Shown piece by piece: positions 31,491 to 45,136 of a stretch of 64,000 nt of DNA. Within the stretch, counting starts at the first letter, position 1, and every line of letters starts with the position of its first letter. The notes under the pieces are model-generated. The model was not told where the DNA came from, ran no database searches, and saw only the letters and a program-made list of their open reading frames with translations. Source of the stretch: Eremomyces bilateralis CBS 781.70 (Eukaryota); NCBI GenBank assembly GCA_010015585.1, contig ML975192.1. The stretch is one strand, 5' to 3'. The position numbers and the translations under genes are program-made.

Positions 31491-33713
31491 TTAATGCGTC
31501 GACGAGCTCTCCCAAGGTGCAATTCCTTTGCACCCCGCTACTGAAACTACTCTATCACGGTCCTCGTTTGGGATCGTCTTCCAAATCCATTCCCTCAACT
31601 CCTTTCCAACCTTCTCAATCACATCCACAGCCCATAGAACATCCAGATGTTCATACCCTTCGATAACAGTGCTATGCACAAGATTGACACATGGCTCCCT
31701 ACCACGCTCAAATCGTCGAAGAAGCCGCTGTCCATCGACCAGGTTATCACTTCCGGCGACCCATAGTGCAAACGGAGGTGCCCGAGAGTCATACCAAGCA
31801 TATGCAGCCCGCTCCTCTTCCGATCCAGGTGCATGTACCGGTTGAGCACGATTCTCTTCTGGCGCTCTGTGGTCTTCGTCATCCTCCATTCTCACCTCCC
31901 TTTTGGTCGCCAAGATGCACTGTTGGCGAGCAAATCCCATGGAGCCTAGCCACCATGCCATAGACTCCGCAGAAATATAAACAGGACTCTGAAGAAAATA
32001 TCGGGGCACTAGGTCACGCTCCCAACGCTCATCCGTCCATTCAAACAAATATGTGAACACTTTGTACCCGAGCCTGCCATATATAGCTGAAGGTAACAAT
32101 TTTTGGAACGTCAACATGGCTGGAATAAAAGCATGGATACCAAACACCATCCGAAACACTTGCGGGGGTAGCATCTTGATGAAACGGAAATATACCCGTC
32201 GAAGTAACGGTCCTGCGTAGGCTGCAGGTGCCAATCCAGCAAAGAGGCTGATTCTTTCACCGATTACGGGCCTTTGTTTTTTCGCTAGGGCAACCATGGA
32301 TGCTGCTGTGCCTTGAGAGTGAGCGACTAATGCAACTTTGCTAAAACCCGTCTCTCGGACCACTCTTGAGATGAGAGCTGCTAAGTCAAACACCCCCATA
32401 GCTCGTAGATTCCATGACCAGAATCGCGGATCGTTTGAAGGCAAGGTCGTATGTCGCGGATTCAGTCCACAACGAGGCGCACCTAGCCAAATATCGTAGT
32501 GAGACTTTGCTAGAAAGAACGCAAGGGAGGATGGACCAGACACTAGATAAGAGCCGGGAGATTGAAGGAGACCAGGTATAAGAAGGACAGGGTATTTCCC
32601 TTTCGCTTTCGACTTGCCCACGCCCAGAGGAAATGAGGGTCCAGTGCCCGATGATATACTGAAGAGATTATCCGGCCCAAGAGGACCTCGATCTGCTTGC
32701 GGATTGGGAGAGTAATTATGTGGATTGTAGAGATGCCACATGGAAATGAGAAACCCATCCTCCGTTTCAAGAGTATACTCCTCCAAATCCAACCCTTCGC
32801 GAAGAGCATACTGTCGGAAATGTGGAGTCAAAGGATCAGGCCCACCCGCAGTTGGGACAAACGTCTCTTCTACGCCCAGGGACTCTGGCACCGGTATAGT
32901 TGGAGCGGCTGCATTTCGCTCTTCGTCTTTGACGGTTCGTCCTCCATGCTCTTGGAGCCACTCTTCTTGCTGGTAGCGCCTCTCGTCCGCCCTCCGTTTC
33001 TCCTCCTCGTAAAATGGCCGGGATTTCTTTGGATCCCCTTTCATCCTTGCGCGGAAGTATCCCGGAACCTTGCTGCTCCCGCTAAGGATCGATCCAAGGA
33101 CAATTACCATGAGGAAACACATGCTCAGAATCATAGAAGTTACCCGAAAGGTAAGACTTTGGAGACCTCGTAATAGACTCGGCGGGCCATACATAGGAAG
33201 CGGGGGAAATAAAGGATTCGTTGTCGGTTGGGATTGAGCTTCACAGAATGGTCCATCCACTCCTAGTCGATCTTCGATATTATCGGATCCATTTGACTCT
33301 TTTTCCCTGTCAAACACTCTTGAATCTGCCGGCTTATCTGAAGCTTCCTTGATCTTAACATTCATCTCCCCAATTCCATGAATTGTCCCATCTTTTGCTA
33401 TTCGCGTCGAAGGGTCACTCGGGAGACTTTGACCAGGAGGATGGGATTCCAATACATCTTTCAAGACGTTAAGTTTGGCGGCTTCGGGAATAGGAACGGC
33501 GGTGAGCCGCTCTGCGTCGGCAGTCTGAACCACAGGATCCTGAGGCGTCACGAACTTGGCCTTAATTGCCCGTGATGATGGGTGTCGAGTCGGCGCATGT
33601 TTAGCAAGTCTTGAGGCTTGAATCTCATACTCCGACTGTAGCTCTTGACGGGAAAGCTCCTGTCCAGTATTCACGCTTCCATTTCGGAATTGGGTCTCAG
33701 TTCTAGCGGACAT
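31491..33713 (-). CDS. Membrane-anchored alpha/beta-hydrolase lipase (sterol esterase Yeh1/Tgl1-like)
   Basis: TM segment, ETEDGFLI, AHSQG nucleophile, GSDNLVDG, YEHLDVLW. Confidence 0.85.
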   Translation of the reverse strand: MSARTETQFRNGSVNTGQELSRQELQSEYEIQASRLAKHAPTRHPSSRAIKAKFVTPQDPVVQTADAERLTAVPIPEAAKLNVLKDVLESHPPGQSLPSDPSTRIAKDGTIHGIGEMNVKIKEASDKPADSRVFDREKESNGSDNIEDRLGVDGPFCEAQSQPTTNPLFPPLPMYGPPSLLRGLQSLTFRVTSMILSMCFLMVIVLGSILSGSSKVPGYFRARMKGDPKKSRPFYEEEKRRADERRYQQEEWLQEHGGRTVKDEERNAAAPTIPVPESLGVEETFVPTAGGPDPLTPHFRQYALREGLDLEEYTLETEDGFLISMWHLYNPHNYSPNPQADRGPLGPDNLFSISSGTGPSFPLGVGKSKAKGKYPVLLIPGLLQSPGSYLVSGPSSLAFFLAKSHYDIWLGAPRCGLNPRHTTLPSNDPRFWSWNLRAMGVFDLAALISRVVRETGFSKVALVAHSQGTAASMVALAKKQRPVIGERISLFAGLAPAAYAGPLLRRVYFRFIKMLPPQVFRMVFGIHAFIPAMLTFQKLLPSAIYGRLGYKVFTYLFEWTDERWERDLVPRYFLQSPVYISAESMAWWLGSMGFARQQCILATKREVRMEDDEDHRAPEENRAQPVHAPGSEEERAAYAWYDSRAPPFALWVAGSDNLVDGQRLLRRFERGREPCVNLVHSTVIEGYEHLDVLWAVDVIEKVGKELREWIWKTIPNEDRDRVVSVAGCKGIAPWESSSTH

Positions 33714-34291
33714 GGTATTGGATGCGACCACATTGTACTGCGAACCAAAGACTTTTAGATCAACTCAAGGAGCAGGACTGTAACGGCAACTGTAATAGAG
33801 TGTATTAACTGGCGGTCGATGCAAGCTACGGCTAAACGGGTAACCCTAAGATGTCAAGGAACGGACTGTACGCTGGCATGTGAGAATTGCATCGCCATCT
33901 GAGAATAGATAATTTTGATGATTCAAGCAGGTTCCCGACGATCAAAGCGGACAAATGCATGATGATGCAAGTGGAGCAATTCAGTTGTAGATTGTAACTT
34001 TGTAAGATCAATAGAGGCACGGTGGCTGGTAAGTTGGATCCACTGTGTTTCCGTGCCCAGTCAGGTAATAGATAACTCATCATTCCTGTTGGCTTCATCT
34101 ACATAGTCTTAATATGACTACAGGTATTAGTTTCGTCTTGGCTGCCATGGAATGCTCAGTTTATTGCCCATCTACAGATCGTCAACTAGAGTTTTGATAG
34201 TGTATCATACATCGAATTCATCCCGATCGCTTTATCAAACGCCATATCTCAAATACTCGTATACAACGAAAAAGGACATTTCGCTTTTCAT

Positions 34292-35704
34292 CTATCCTTG
34301 ATGTAACTTCTTGACTTTCTGCTGCCCTTCGTATAGCCCTCGATCCACTGCCGCAGCAACGGTCAGTGTACCACCGATCACAGCACATACTCCGACCAGG
34401 AAACCCGAAAATGATTTGGCTCGTACTTCGCGGTTGATGACCTTCATAGGGGAGATATCCTGTACCAGATTAGTTGATAGAAGTCCAACCGGTGGAAGCG
34501 ACTCACGTAGGAAAAGAATACGCCGGGAATACCACCTCGAGCATGCAATCGTTCTTTATGCCCTTCATCTGCATCACTACCACCATCGAGGTTTCGTTTA
34601 TGGCTCGTCACGCTGTATTGATGTGTCTCCACACTTCCGGATGTCCCTTGACCGAAATTCCCCAATCCGACTGAGTCATGAGAATCTCCTAGGACATTCG
34701 TAATCTGATCGTTCCGTTTCTCCCATCCGAGAGGAAGATAGACAGTGCTGACTACTTTGACGAAGTACATGTAGTTGTACTTTTTGTCATCGGTATGCTG
34801 CTCGGTACCATCGAGAGGGTTGACATGATGATTCGTCCAGACGCCTCCTACAGCAGTCAATTGTCCACGAGACTTTTCGGGAAGTGGAGGCCCAAATCGG
34901 AGCATGTGGATAATATGGCTCGGGCTGTGGTTCGAATCGTCTTTGAAGTAGTTTTCAAGATCGTGAACATGCAAGTTTCCACTGCTGAAGGATTTCCCAG
35001 GAGAGAAATGGAAGTTTCCCACCACTTTGTTGACGCGGATTGCCCCCTCGATTCGGCATCCTTCATGCAGTTGCTCGTCCAAATGTTCGGCATAGTGTTC
35101 CCGTTCGCATTGCGCAACGCCTTCCCCTCGACCAAAGGACCATTGAACTCCGGCATATGCGTCTCGAACTTCGGCACATGTGTTGCAGCACCCGTTCTTC
35201 TTCGCAGAGTCTGGCGCGGGAGCACCATAGCATTCACCACAGTAGTCGGGATCCAAGTGAGTGGCGGTATCTTCGTGGCTACAGCAAGGTCAGTTTGTAT
35301 TGCGCACGGAAACAAAGTCTAGAAACTCACAGTTCCAGCGCGTTGCTCTCAATAACACTGCCACCTTCGTTCTCTGGACGGAGTCGAACTTTGTTCACTC
35401 CATGCAAAACACCCATCTGTACTTCACCGCTTACATCCATGACATCCAGCGTAAGCAATTCGCATGGAACCCTTGGGAAGGTAATGTTCATGTGTATCTC
35501 CATCTTCTCCCCTCGACCTTTATCAACGACCAGCTCGGCTTTTACGGCAACTCGTCGATAATCGCGCCATTCCCCCCAGACAAGCCAAAGCATGAGAATG
35601 AGCGAGACGATGGTCACGATCCCTCCGGAGGTCGTCCGTATCCGCGCATCTTCGACCGTTTTTGTGAAGGCATCGAGCCGTACGAAACGACTTTTCGGAG
35701 GCAT
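34292..35704 (-). CDS. ERV46: COPII vesicle protein Erv46/ERGIC3
   Basis: LDAFTKTVEDARIRTTSGG, CGECYGA...CCNTC, NKVVGNFHFSPG, GIPGVFFSY; two introns. Confidence 0.93.
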
Positions 35705-36597
35705 GGTGACCTGGGTTGGGAGTACGTTGCACAGGCCTATCGATTCGAGGTCGAAGTGCTAAATGGCACGGAGCAATGCCAAAGCGGTTGGAGTAAAGGA
35801 CTACCTGCAGACGGATCGCATCATCAAATCAGCCATTTCTTCTCGTCTTCCCAGAGTTCAACGACCTACAATTGCGATTCCGCCCAAACCAGGACTCGGG
35901 CAATGATTAATATGCGAAGAGAGCTCTTCATTGCACAAACCACAGGTCAGTCCAATGCTGAGCTGGAGCGTTGCATTAGGACGAGTTCAGGAATGAGGGG
36001 AATCCTTCGTGGTATGGAACGGTGGTGTCCAGATGTGGTGAGCACTGCTAGAGTTATGTGGATGGTCGAGACGCTGGTTGAATCGTGTCCTCCACGTTCT
36101 TGAAACGGTATGAGCAACCCAACCAATCAAAACGCGTTTCATTCGAGCCTCCACAATACTTCCGCTTTAAGCTGGTGGACATTCACCCATAGTTACCGGT
36201 ACTCTTATGATACAACTGATACAGGTCACAATGGGACCATCATATTCGTACCGGTATCATATATGAGCAAATGACCCGGAATATCACTGGGGTATACACT
36301 TGAGCATTTAAATTCCGTATATTTTCTCGGGCAAGGCAGTTGTGACTACCGACCGAGGTTCAATGCCTTTGCTTCAGCTAAATGTACTCCGTAACGAGCG
36401 CATGTCACTATCAAAGCCCGGGTACTGGTACTGAAACGAATGTCAATTGTATCATCACGATATCAATTGTTGGCACTTGAAGAACCTCCACCTAGCACTG
36501 ACAACGATACCAGTGCCACGCCGGTCATGAGTCGTTCCATTCATACATAACAGCATAGCAGTGCATAATCTATTCGTCAGACGGCATGAAACTAATC

Positions 36598-39401
36598 CTA
36601 CTTGGGTTGGCCGAATTGCCGCTCATTAACCGTTTCGAATCCTCGAAATACATCTCGAGAATGAAACTGAGCAAGGGACTCCTTTTCCATCTCCCCGGAC
36701 ATTGGGGGCTCGGGTCGGCTTTGAGATCCGGAATATCCCGGTGGTACGAATTGAGGGGCACCGGATCCCATGGATGGGTTGAACTGCTCCGTGCAGCCCC
36801 TACCAGAAGGTCCCTTCTGGTAGACATGCTGGTTGGGAATGCCAGTCTGCCGGTGAACCGACTCGGAATAAGTTCGTGGAGGATTCATGGAAGGTGCTTC
36901 GGCCATTTCAACGTCCGGAAAATCTCCATCTTCATCCGAATCACTCGCAAGATCGGTGACGGTTACTTCGGGGGCGGGAACTCCGGCGCGAGATATGGCG
37001 GTTTGAGCGAGCGATGGTTTTTCCGCAAGATTCGAGAGCACAGTACGAGATGCGTCGAGCATCCGGACTGCCCCTTCGAGGAACCCCTCACCATCTTCTG
37101 TCAAACCGTTGGGCAAACCACCGTAAATAGCACCTTCACTGCTACCGGTTGTATGGGATGCCCGCATTCGCACCTTTCCACGGGACACGCCTAATGTCCA
37201 GCGATACTCCGCGAGACGATGCTTGTAAAACTCGGCCTCTTCGCGAGCTGGAGCGGTGGCCCAGAGAAGCGAACCAAAAGTGCCAATCAAAGTGAAATTG
37301 ATTTTGGATGGAAAATACCAGAACGATTGTAGATGTTCGGGTTTGAGCCGGTTTACAAAGTCCATTGCAGAGATCAGTCTTGTTTTCGCTGCGGACCGGC
37401 AAATGTAAATCAAGTAAGGATCGATATGTGGGGATGGTCCGGGATTCATTGCCCCGGAGGATGGGGTGGTGGAGGATGGAACTGATGTCGGAGGCGTGGG
37501 CGAGGCGTTGAGGCTAGGGGACATGGAACGTGAAATCGAACTCGTTGCAGTTGGGTTGGACGTCGTGCTTATGGATGATGCGGAGGCAATCGTCGCCGGA
37601 AGGGGTAGTGTCGACAGTGACTGGACGATACGTCGATGCAGAGTGATTTCTGTGGCGAAATAAGCCAGGTGCAGAAAGCCTAGCAGAATCAGTGAGTGGC
37701 TCTGGGAATCAAGGGAGGTTGACAAACCTGTTCCGCTCAATACGCCCGGTTGATAGTTGTCCATCCGTGCTGCCGGGGGGAGTTTGGCAAACCAGTCCTT
37801 CAAGCGAATCTGGACGGGTTTCGCTCGTTCCAAGATCAATTGGGTACTTTGCAAACCAGCATCCTTGAAATCGCGTATCGCCGTCTGCGTATAGAAGGTG
37901 TCCATAATCTCACCCATGATTGCGGTCAAACCGATCATCTCGGCAAAAAGCACCTGTCCCTTTGCAGCCTCGTCGAGCTCCTCTTCTGTGATCCCCAGTT
38001 CTCCAACATCAACTGCAGTGCTGTTGCTCTCATCGAAGTCCTGGTTCGCGATAGGTTTGACGGCCCAATTGGCAGGAAATATATGACTCGGGCGGCCGTG
38101 AATCAGGCTACTCCATTTATCTTGCATATACAAGGCCCATGCAATCCGCTTTCGTAAACCCCTTTCCCAAGCCGGGACACTCCAACTGCTACAGTCGAGA
38201 TGTAAGCCCAAATCTTGGCCGATCGCCACCAGTTGGGTGGTGAGAGACCAGGAATCTGCCTCGGGCCTCTGAAGCAGGAGCAATCCGGCTTGGACGGTAT
38301 TTAGTTTCGGACGTGTCATTGCTGCCGCAAGGCTGCGCATCGCAATGGATTCCAGGGCAATTGTATTGGGACGAGGAAGTGATGCGAGTGTGGGATCATG
38401 AGACCACCAATTTAACGCCAAAAGATACATGCCCGCAAGAAGTGTGGGAGAGGAGGCCGGATCACCATTTAGAAGTCGCTCTAAAAAGATCCGCTTCTGA
38501 ATGATTGGGAAGCTCGGATGGACGATCTCGAAATAAAGAGAGATCAATTTGCTGCCATGTGGATGCACCAGTTGTTCGACGGCGGAAAGCGCCTCGGAAT
38601 CCTCGCCATATTCTTGTGAGCACTCGTCAGGTAACATAATGAAACATTCATGATCGTTCACTTTTCGTAATGTTCCCAAGTCGAATCGTGATTCATTATG
38701 GGTGTCGAATATACTCAGCGAAATGAGGGACGGGTCGAAGGGGGTGGTCTGGCCAATGTACCGACTGAACTTTCGTCGTTGCAAACCAAGGGTTTCACCA
38801 AGGAGTTTGTTGGCACCGTTTTCAAGATCGCGGTTGAGGTTTGGGGAGATGGCCACGTTTGACCCAGATTTAGAGAGATGATTGGAAAGGTATGAATGTG
38901 AGGATAGTACCTTTGGTGTGGGCGATGTATTCCTATTTTGCCGTTTACCTTCATCAGTGGATCTGATATCGAAGTTAGCATGGTCTGTAGAAGCGCCAGA
39001 CTAGATGGGTGCATCCCGTCTCACCTTTTCTTGGTCTCTTCCCCGTTACTCGCATTCCCATTGGGTAACTTCCGCTTTCGAGGTAGAGGACTCTGTACGA
39101 AAGTACACTCCTGGTGGTGGAACTCACACAGTACACAGAGGATTTTCCCTTCGTGGATAACGCACCGACTCTTCCGACGACGACAGGCGTCGCAAGGTCT
39201 TTCACGGCGACTACGAATGTTCGTCGCTCCGTTGATGGTCGCGGGTTTCAGCTGAACAGCATTCTCTTTCTCCCTTGACATATGCGACGGCCGGTTGGAT
39301 TGTGTCTGGGATGAGACCGGCGATGGTCGAATATGAGGGGATGAAATCGGTAGTACTGGACTGGGGCCAGAAATTGGGCGTTGCATGGCCACGACAGCCA
39401 T
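36598..39401 (-). CDS. tamA: Zn(II)2Cys6 transcription factor, TamA/Dal81-like
   Basis: RPCDACRRRKSRC...CVLCEFHHQECTF binuclear cluster plus a fungal TF middle-homology region; intron-containing. The orthology call is from recalled motifs only. Confidence 0.7.
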
Positions 39402-41192
39402 GATATCCCACTCGATCGGAATCGTTCTTCAGCGGAGACAGCGAAGCTCTTTTTCGCAGATCTCTAGGTGGTATCGATACTCAATTCTTGGACAACTTTG
39501 ATTAGTCCAAGATAAGGCTGTGTGCAGCAGCGAATCAGCTTCAGGCCGGAGCTGCCAAAGCTACTGGGTAGTCGATGATTGCCAGGTTAGTCCCTCCAAC
39601 GAAGTGGGAGAATCCCGCAGTATTGAGACTGCATAAGGCACAATACGTCAACACCGTTATTGGTTCCAATTGGGAAGAAGGAATTGAGGGGGGTGTAGAA
39701 ATCGTACATATTTGGAGTACAGGTACCGGTACTTTTGACTCTTCAAACCCGATGTGACTAGAGAACGAACGTATTGATGGCTTGGCCGCTTGACCGCTCT
39801 CGGTATGGCAACTGAGATGTACAGGCGAGAGGACCAAAAGACATGAACAACCCACTTGGGGTAACTCAAAAGCAACAGTCAAGCTCGACCATATAAACTT
39901 CCCCCCAGGGATTGGAGGAGAATGATGTAGAGAGTGGTTCGCTCTGTCATTGGAGCGATTCTCAAAACCAAGACTAGAGATGCAACCAGACAGCCCAAAC
40001 AGACTGCAAGATATATCCCGAGTAAGGTCCGTAATACAATCTGAGTGTTTGGCGAATTGATAACGTAGGTCGAGACGGTACGGGGGAATAACTCTAAGCG
40101 TCTAAACAGGTTGACAAGTGCTGAATCGGGAGAACCGGAAGAAGGCTGCAGAATGATAGAATGCAGGTTACAGCACGAACTAACAGATTCGAGAGCACCC
40201 GACTTGATCGGAGCAACGGACGAGGGCGAAAAGCAGGCCGGATTGCAGGATATTGGGAGTAAGGAAAAAGAAGTGAGATGATGTCGAAACGAGAATGCAG
40301 TTGAAATTATTAATACGTGATAGCTACCCGGAAGATTCCCATGAACACATGAAGCCGTTCCGTTTAAGGATGAGACGCGGTTGAATTAGGAGACGGAGGT
40401 TGAGGGCCGGGGGGAAGGAGCGTCTGTCCGATGCATGCTTAGTTCTTAGGTAATGAGAAATTGGCGATTTGGATCTGATTGGCCGTTTCCTAAAGGATTC
40501 CATGTCCCATCAACGCCAGAGACGCCCCAGACGCGATTGGGACTTGGGGGGCCAACGTCAATAGATAAATGATTCTTGTCTGATTGGTCGGATGACAGTA
40601 TCTCAATATCTTCCAGATAATGCATGATAATAGAAAGTACGGTACGGTAAGGAATCCTGCTGTCACAGGTGAGACAAGACGATAATAGGACAAATGAAGA
40701 CATTCTGCATATTGATGCTACTGCTAAGGTAGGGTGATTGAACCTCCTGAAAAAACCTATGTCGTCACTTGTCACTCTGTGTCATCACGGGCCTTGGTGC
40801 CAAAATGTGCTTCTCATTGTAACATTCAATAGCATCCTCCATAGTCCACAGATTTGCTAGACCCGCACGGTAGATTCTCGAATCTCGACAAACGACAGTG
40901 TACAACAAAATTGGAGAATTGTCAGGACCACAACTGATAAGCAACTGAAGCTATTCCGTACATAGTACGCTATCCATCATCCATGACCGGGTCCAGCGAG
41001 GTGCGAACAGTTCATGTTTCAACTTTCATCACCCGTACTGTCATTCTGCGCCTCTTGTATGATTGTATCAAGGCACTCGATTTAATGTGGTCGAAAATCA
41101 TCAATTCTATTTGAAATACCCAATCAATCATACAAGCTGTCCCATCGGTGCAACCACGTCAATCAAGAAGAAATCAAGAAATACTTCAGCTA

Positions 41193-43331
41193 TTAAAGCA
41201 GCGCTTTCCGAGTCTCCAGTGCCTCAAGATCTTTTTCCGTGAATGGCACATATGTCTTCTGGTTGATCGGCATCCAGTACAGCTTGTCTCCTGATACTGC
41301 CACTTTCTTCGGGTCGATGCCATCTGCCCTTAACGGTCCTTTCTGAAGTTTCATAGTCCCCGTGTAGGCAAGTTCTTCGGTGACTCGCAGGAAAATGGGG
41401 ACCGCATATTTTGGCAATTGACCAAGGACATGTGTCGCCAGACTTTGGAAATCGAACTGGGCTAGGCTCACCCCTTGAGCCAACACCACCGCTGCACATC
41501 CTGCTCTTCCATCCGTATGGGGGACGTTGACACCATAGACATTCGTTTCGGCGATCTGATCGAACTTTCCAACCACATCAGACACTTCATTGGTCGAGAC
41601 GTTCTCGGACTTCCAACGGAAGGTATCTCCAAGTCGGTCGACGAAGAAAACCCGGCCATCGGAATCGCGTCGCAGCAAATCCCCCGCTCGGAACCACCTA
41701 TTGCAGATCAGTAGAGTTCCAGACGTTCAGTTACGGGCACTTACAGGTCTCCTTTCTTAAACACGTTGTAAATCTTTCGCTTATCGCCCGCTCCCCGATT
41801 CTTATAGTATCCGTGGAAGGCCGCATCGGGGTTTTCGGGATCTAGGCGATGGAGTGCTTCACCTGGCTCTCCGGTTTTGCATGGAATGGCCCATCCATCC
41901 TTATTTCGCAGAATTTCTTGCGTATCAATATCGATCTTGACAAACACTTCGTTGCTCCCATTGTAATAGTCCCAGAGCAGACCACGCAGTCCAATGGCAT
42001 TCTGCGTTAACGGGCCATAATTTCGGTTGAAGGTGGATCCCAACCCATCTGTCGCGGCGTACAGCTCATTGATGCAAGGAATCCCGAATCGTTCCCGGAA
42101 AGGTCCCCAAACATCAGGTCTCATCCCATTGCCCCAAGCCATGTGGACGTTGTGAGCCTTGTCGAGAGGGCTCGGATCTCCGTTCAGCAAGTACCGACAG
42201 AGCTCTCCAACATATTGGATGACGTTGGCCTTACTCGCTCGGACATCGGGCCAGAAGGTCTTGTGGGAGAACTTGCGCCCTAAGACGATGGCACTGCCAG
42301 CATGGACCGAAGGGGTCACACAAAGGCCATGCGCTGCACCATGGTACAACGGCATGCAAGTGTACATTCGGTCTCCGGGCTTTAGCCTCAAATAGCCGGA
42401 AATACCGTGGCCGGTCAACAACTCTCGTCCCGTCATCATGAGAACAGCCTTAGGAAGCCCGGTCGTCCCTGACGTATAAATCAGAGAGCGGACGTCCGCA
42501 GGGTCCAAACACGTTCGTCGAGAAAGCGGCAATGGAGTCGTATTGGGCAATGTGAAAGGAAAATCCGGCCCATAGGTCAGGATTTGAACATTCAGATCTG
42601 ACAACTCCTTCGCACACGGCTCAACAAGGTTCATGACATCTCGGTCGCAGATGAGAAAGCGGGACTCGCACAACTAATTCTCATTAGCCGAAAGACCCTT
42701 TGCAAGCATGCCTGTTCGACTCACCTCAACGCAATGTACCAAGCTCTTACTCGTAAGATTGCAGTTGATGAAACTGGGAACGGCTCCGATACCATCCAAA
42801 GCGAACCAAAGCATCATATACTCGGGAGTATTGCCGCCATCAATAGCAACAATCTCCTTAGCCTTGACACCAAGATCATTCATCAGCCAATTGCCAAGTC
42901 GAGTGACTCCATCTAGGAATCCGCGCCATGTGTATTCACGGCCTTCGAAGATCAAGAATACTTCATCGGGCCGATTCACAGTGGCTTGCTCGTGGAAAAC
43001 ATCATATGTCGTCATTTTCTTCGCCGCAATCATGGACTCCATATACTTGAGAGCACTGTTAGGAGTATTCGCCAATGCATGCGAAGTTAGGTCGTGCCAC
43101 AAATGATATTTTGCATTCAGGTAAGCAGAGGCGGCGGCGCCGCCTGCGAGTGCGAGAGGTACTGATGTCCATTGTGTCAGTCATATTCAATGGAGAAGAT
43201 TTTCTTTCGGTGGTGGCATCGCTTGGGCTCGAAGACTCGGAAGACGCTGAAGTTGAAGTTGAGGATGGGAATAAGATGGGAATAAGAACTTATAACCGAG
43301 TGCGGGGTGCGGGGATCAACTTACACGCCAT
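41193..43331 (-). CDS. FAT1: Very-long-chain acyl-CoA synthetase / fatty acid transport protein
   Basis: YTSGTTGLPK and DRLGDTFRWKSENVST signatures; 7-nt first exon ATGGCGT then intron ~43163-43324; two further introns. Confidence 0.88.
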
Positions 43332-43716
43332 GACAATCACAGGTACTGATCCAAGAATTCGGGGATAGATAAATGGAGGGAAATCTTAGCAGTTCAATGA
43401 CAAAGTACTCACTGACAGTTGATAAAGGTATTCCATTTGAAAACTTGTACCAAATCTCAAAAGTCGTGAACGCTTACCCGCGGGGTTGCTATGGAGGTCG
43501 GTTGAGTTTGCGGGGATCCTCGGTGCACGCAGTTCTCTGGGAAAACGGCAATTCTTCGTCTCCACTCCCCACAAGCAGCCCGATCTCGAAGCCGATACGG
43601 CAGGTTGTATTCGGTACTTGTCGGTATCTTTATTCGCGCCCGTTATATTGAAGTTTAGACGTGCGGGTTCCCAGCCCTCCAAGTGTCTCACCAGACGAGG
43701 ATACTGATTCTCCTAG

Positions 43717-45136
43717 CTACATGTTTTCCAATAAATATTGAATTCCGGCATAGGACTCAATTGCTGTGGGACGAATTTGATTAGCTGGCAGAAGAAACCC
43801 ATAGTTACCAGTATCCCTCAACTCTGCCGTGAATGCGAATGTCGTATTAGCGACGGCGTCCATGTAGTCCACACTTCCCCCGGAAACCTGATAGATTTTT
43901 GGACAGATCCGGCCCCCGTCGTATTGTTGTCCGCCTGCGGTTTTAACAGCAGCGGTCGCACCTTCAATCAGTTGTTGGTAGCGAAAGTCGTTCTGGGGGA
44001 AGACATCGCAAGAATACCCAAAAGGAGTCATCCATAGTTGGGCATATGCATGCCAATCCATGTACATCTGGATGCCGGTGGTATCACGTAGCTGAGTTGC
44101 GAATGATACCAATGCCTTCGTCTCAGGTGCAGAGTTTGCAGCAGTACCTCTATAATCTTGAGCGCAAGGGTCCGTAGATGCTCCATTCTGAACGTTCCAC
44201 TGGAATGGCCAGTTTCGGTTGATATCGATTCCCTGACAAAAGGAGGACGAAACTGGCATACGGTTTTTCCTCCACATGCGCTCGTTGGTTTGACTGTACA
44301 CGAAACCTGTAACGTTAGTATCAAGCGCCAAAGTCAAACACTGTAGCTTACCGTCTGGGTTCGAGAATGGGAACACATAAAAGTCATATTTGTCAAGCCA
44401 GCTCTTGACCTTCGCATCCGAGGAGTACATGGTGAGGAGATCGTAGGCAATATACTCATTTACCTACCAAATTGTTAGATAATCGTTGAGACGAAGCCTT
44501 GGCGCATACCATGGTCGTCACCCATTCCCGTGCGTGAACCGTTGACTGCATGATGATAGCTGGTTTTCCTTTGGACTGACCCCAGAAATGGATAGCAGTG
44601 ATATCACGTCCCTCATACGTCTTCCCGGCAGAAAGAATCTCAGCCTTATCCGGGAACTGCGCAGCCAGGTCCGTCAAAAATGCAATATGATCGTTGTAGT
44701 TGTGATAGTTGTCGAAATAGGAATTCGACGAGACATCAGGAAGGGCATCGAGAGCGACCTTTGCTAAATGGGAATCAGTAGTTGACCGTTTACCGTGAGA
44801 GGTTGCAGCTTTACCATTGTAACGACCAGGCTGCTCTTCTTCTGCAATGGCATCAGCAACGTTGCCGACGAACACGGTCGTATCATATCCCAAGCTAAGG
44901 AACTCGTCCATCTGATCCGGAGCGACCATCACATCCACAAAAGGCTCTCCAATATTGTTAACATGCCACTCATCCAAGCCCATCTCGTGAAGTTTACTTT
45001 GCATTTCTGCAAAGTTTTCCCTGCTCTTCACGCGAAACACTTTGTGTTCATCATAGCTGACCTTGCCTGGCTTTGCCGCGAGAGGCGTCGCCACCGACGA
45101 CGCCAACAAGACCGAGAGCAAGAAAATCGATTTCAT
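43717..45136 (-). CDS. Secreted zinc carboxypeptidase (M14A) with propeptide
   Basis: Signal peptide, TVHAREW, NPDG, NRNW, DWHAY, ELRD; three introns. Confidence 0.93.
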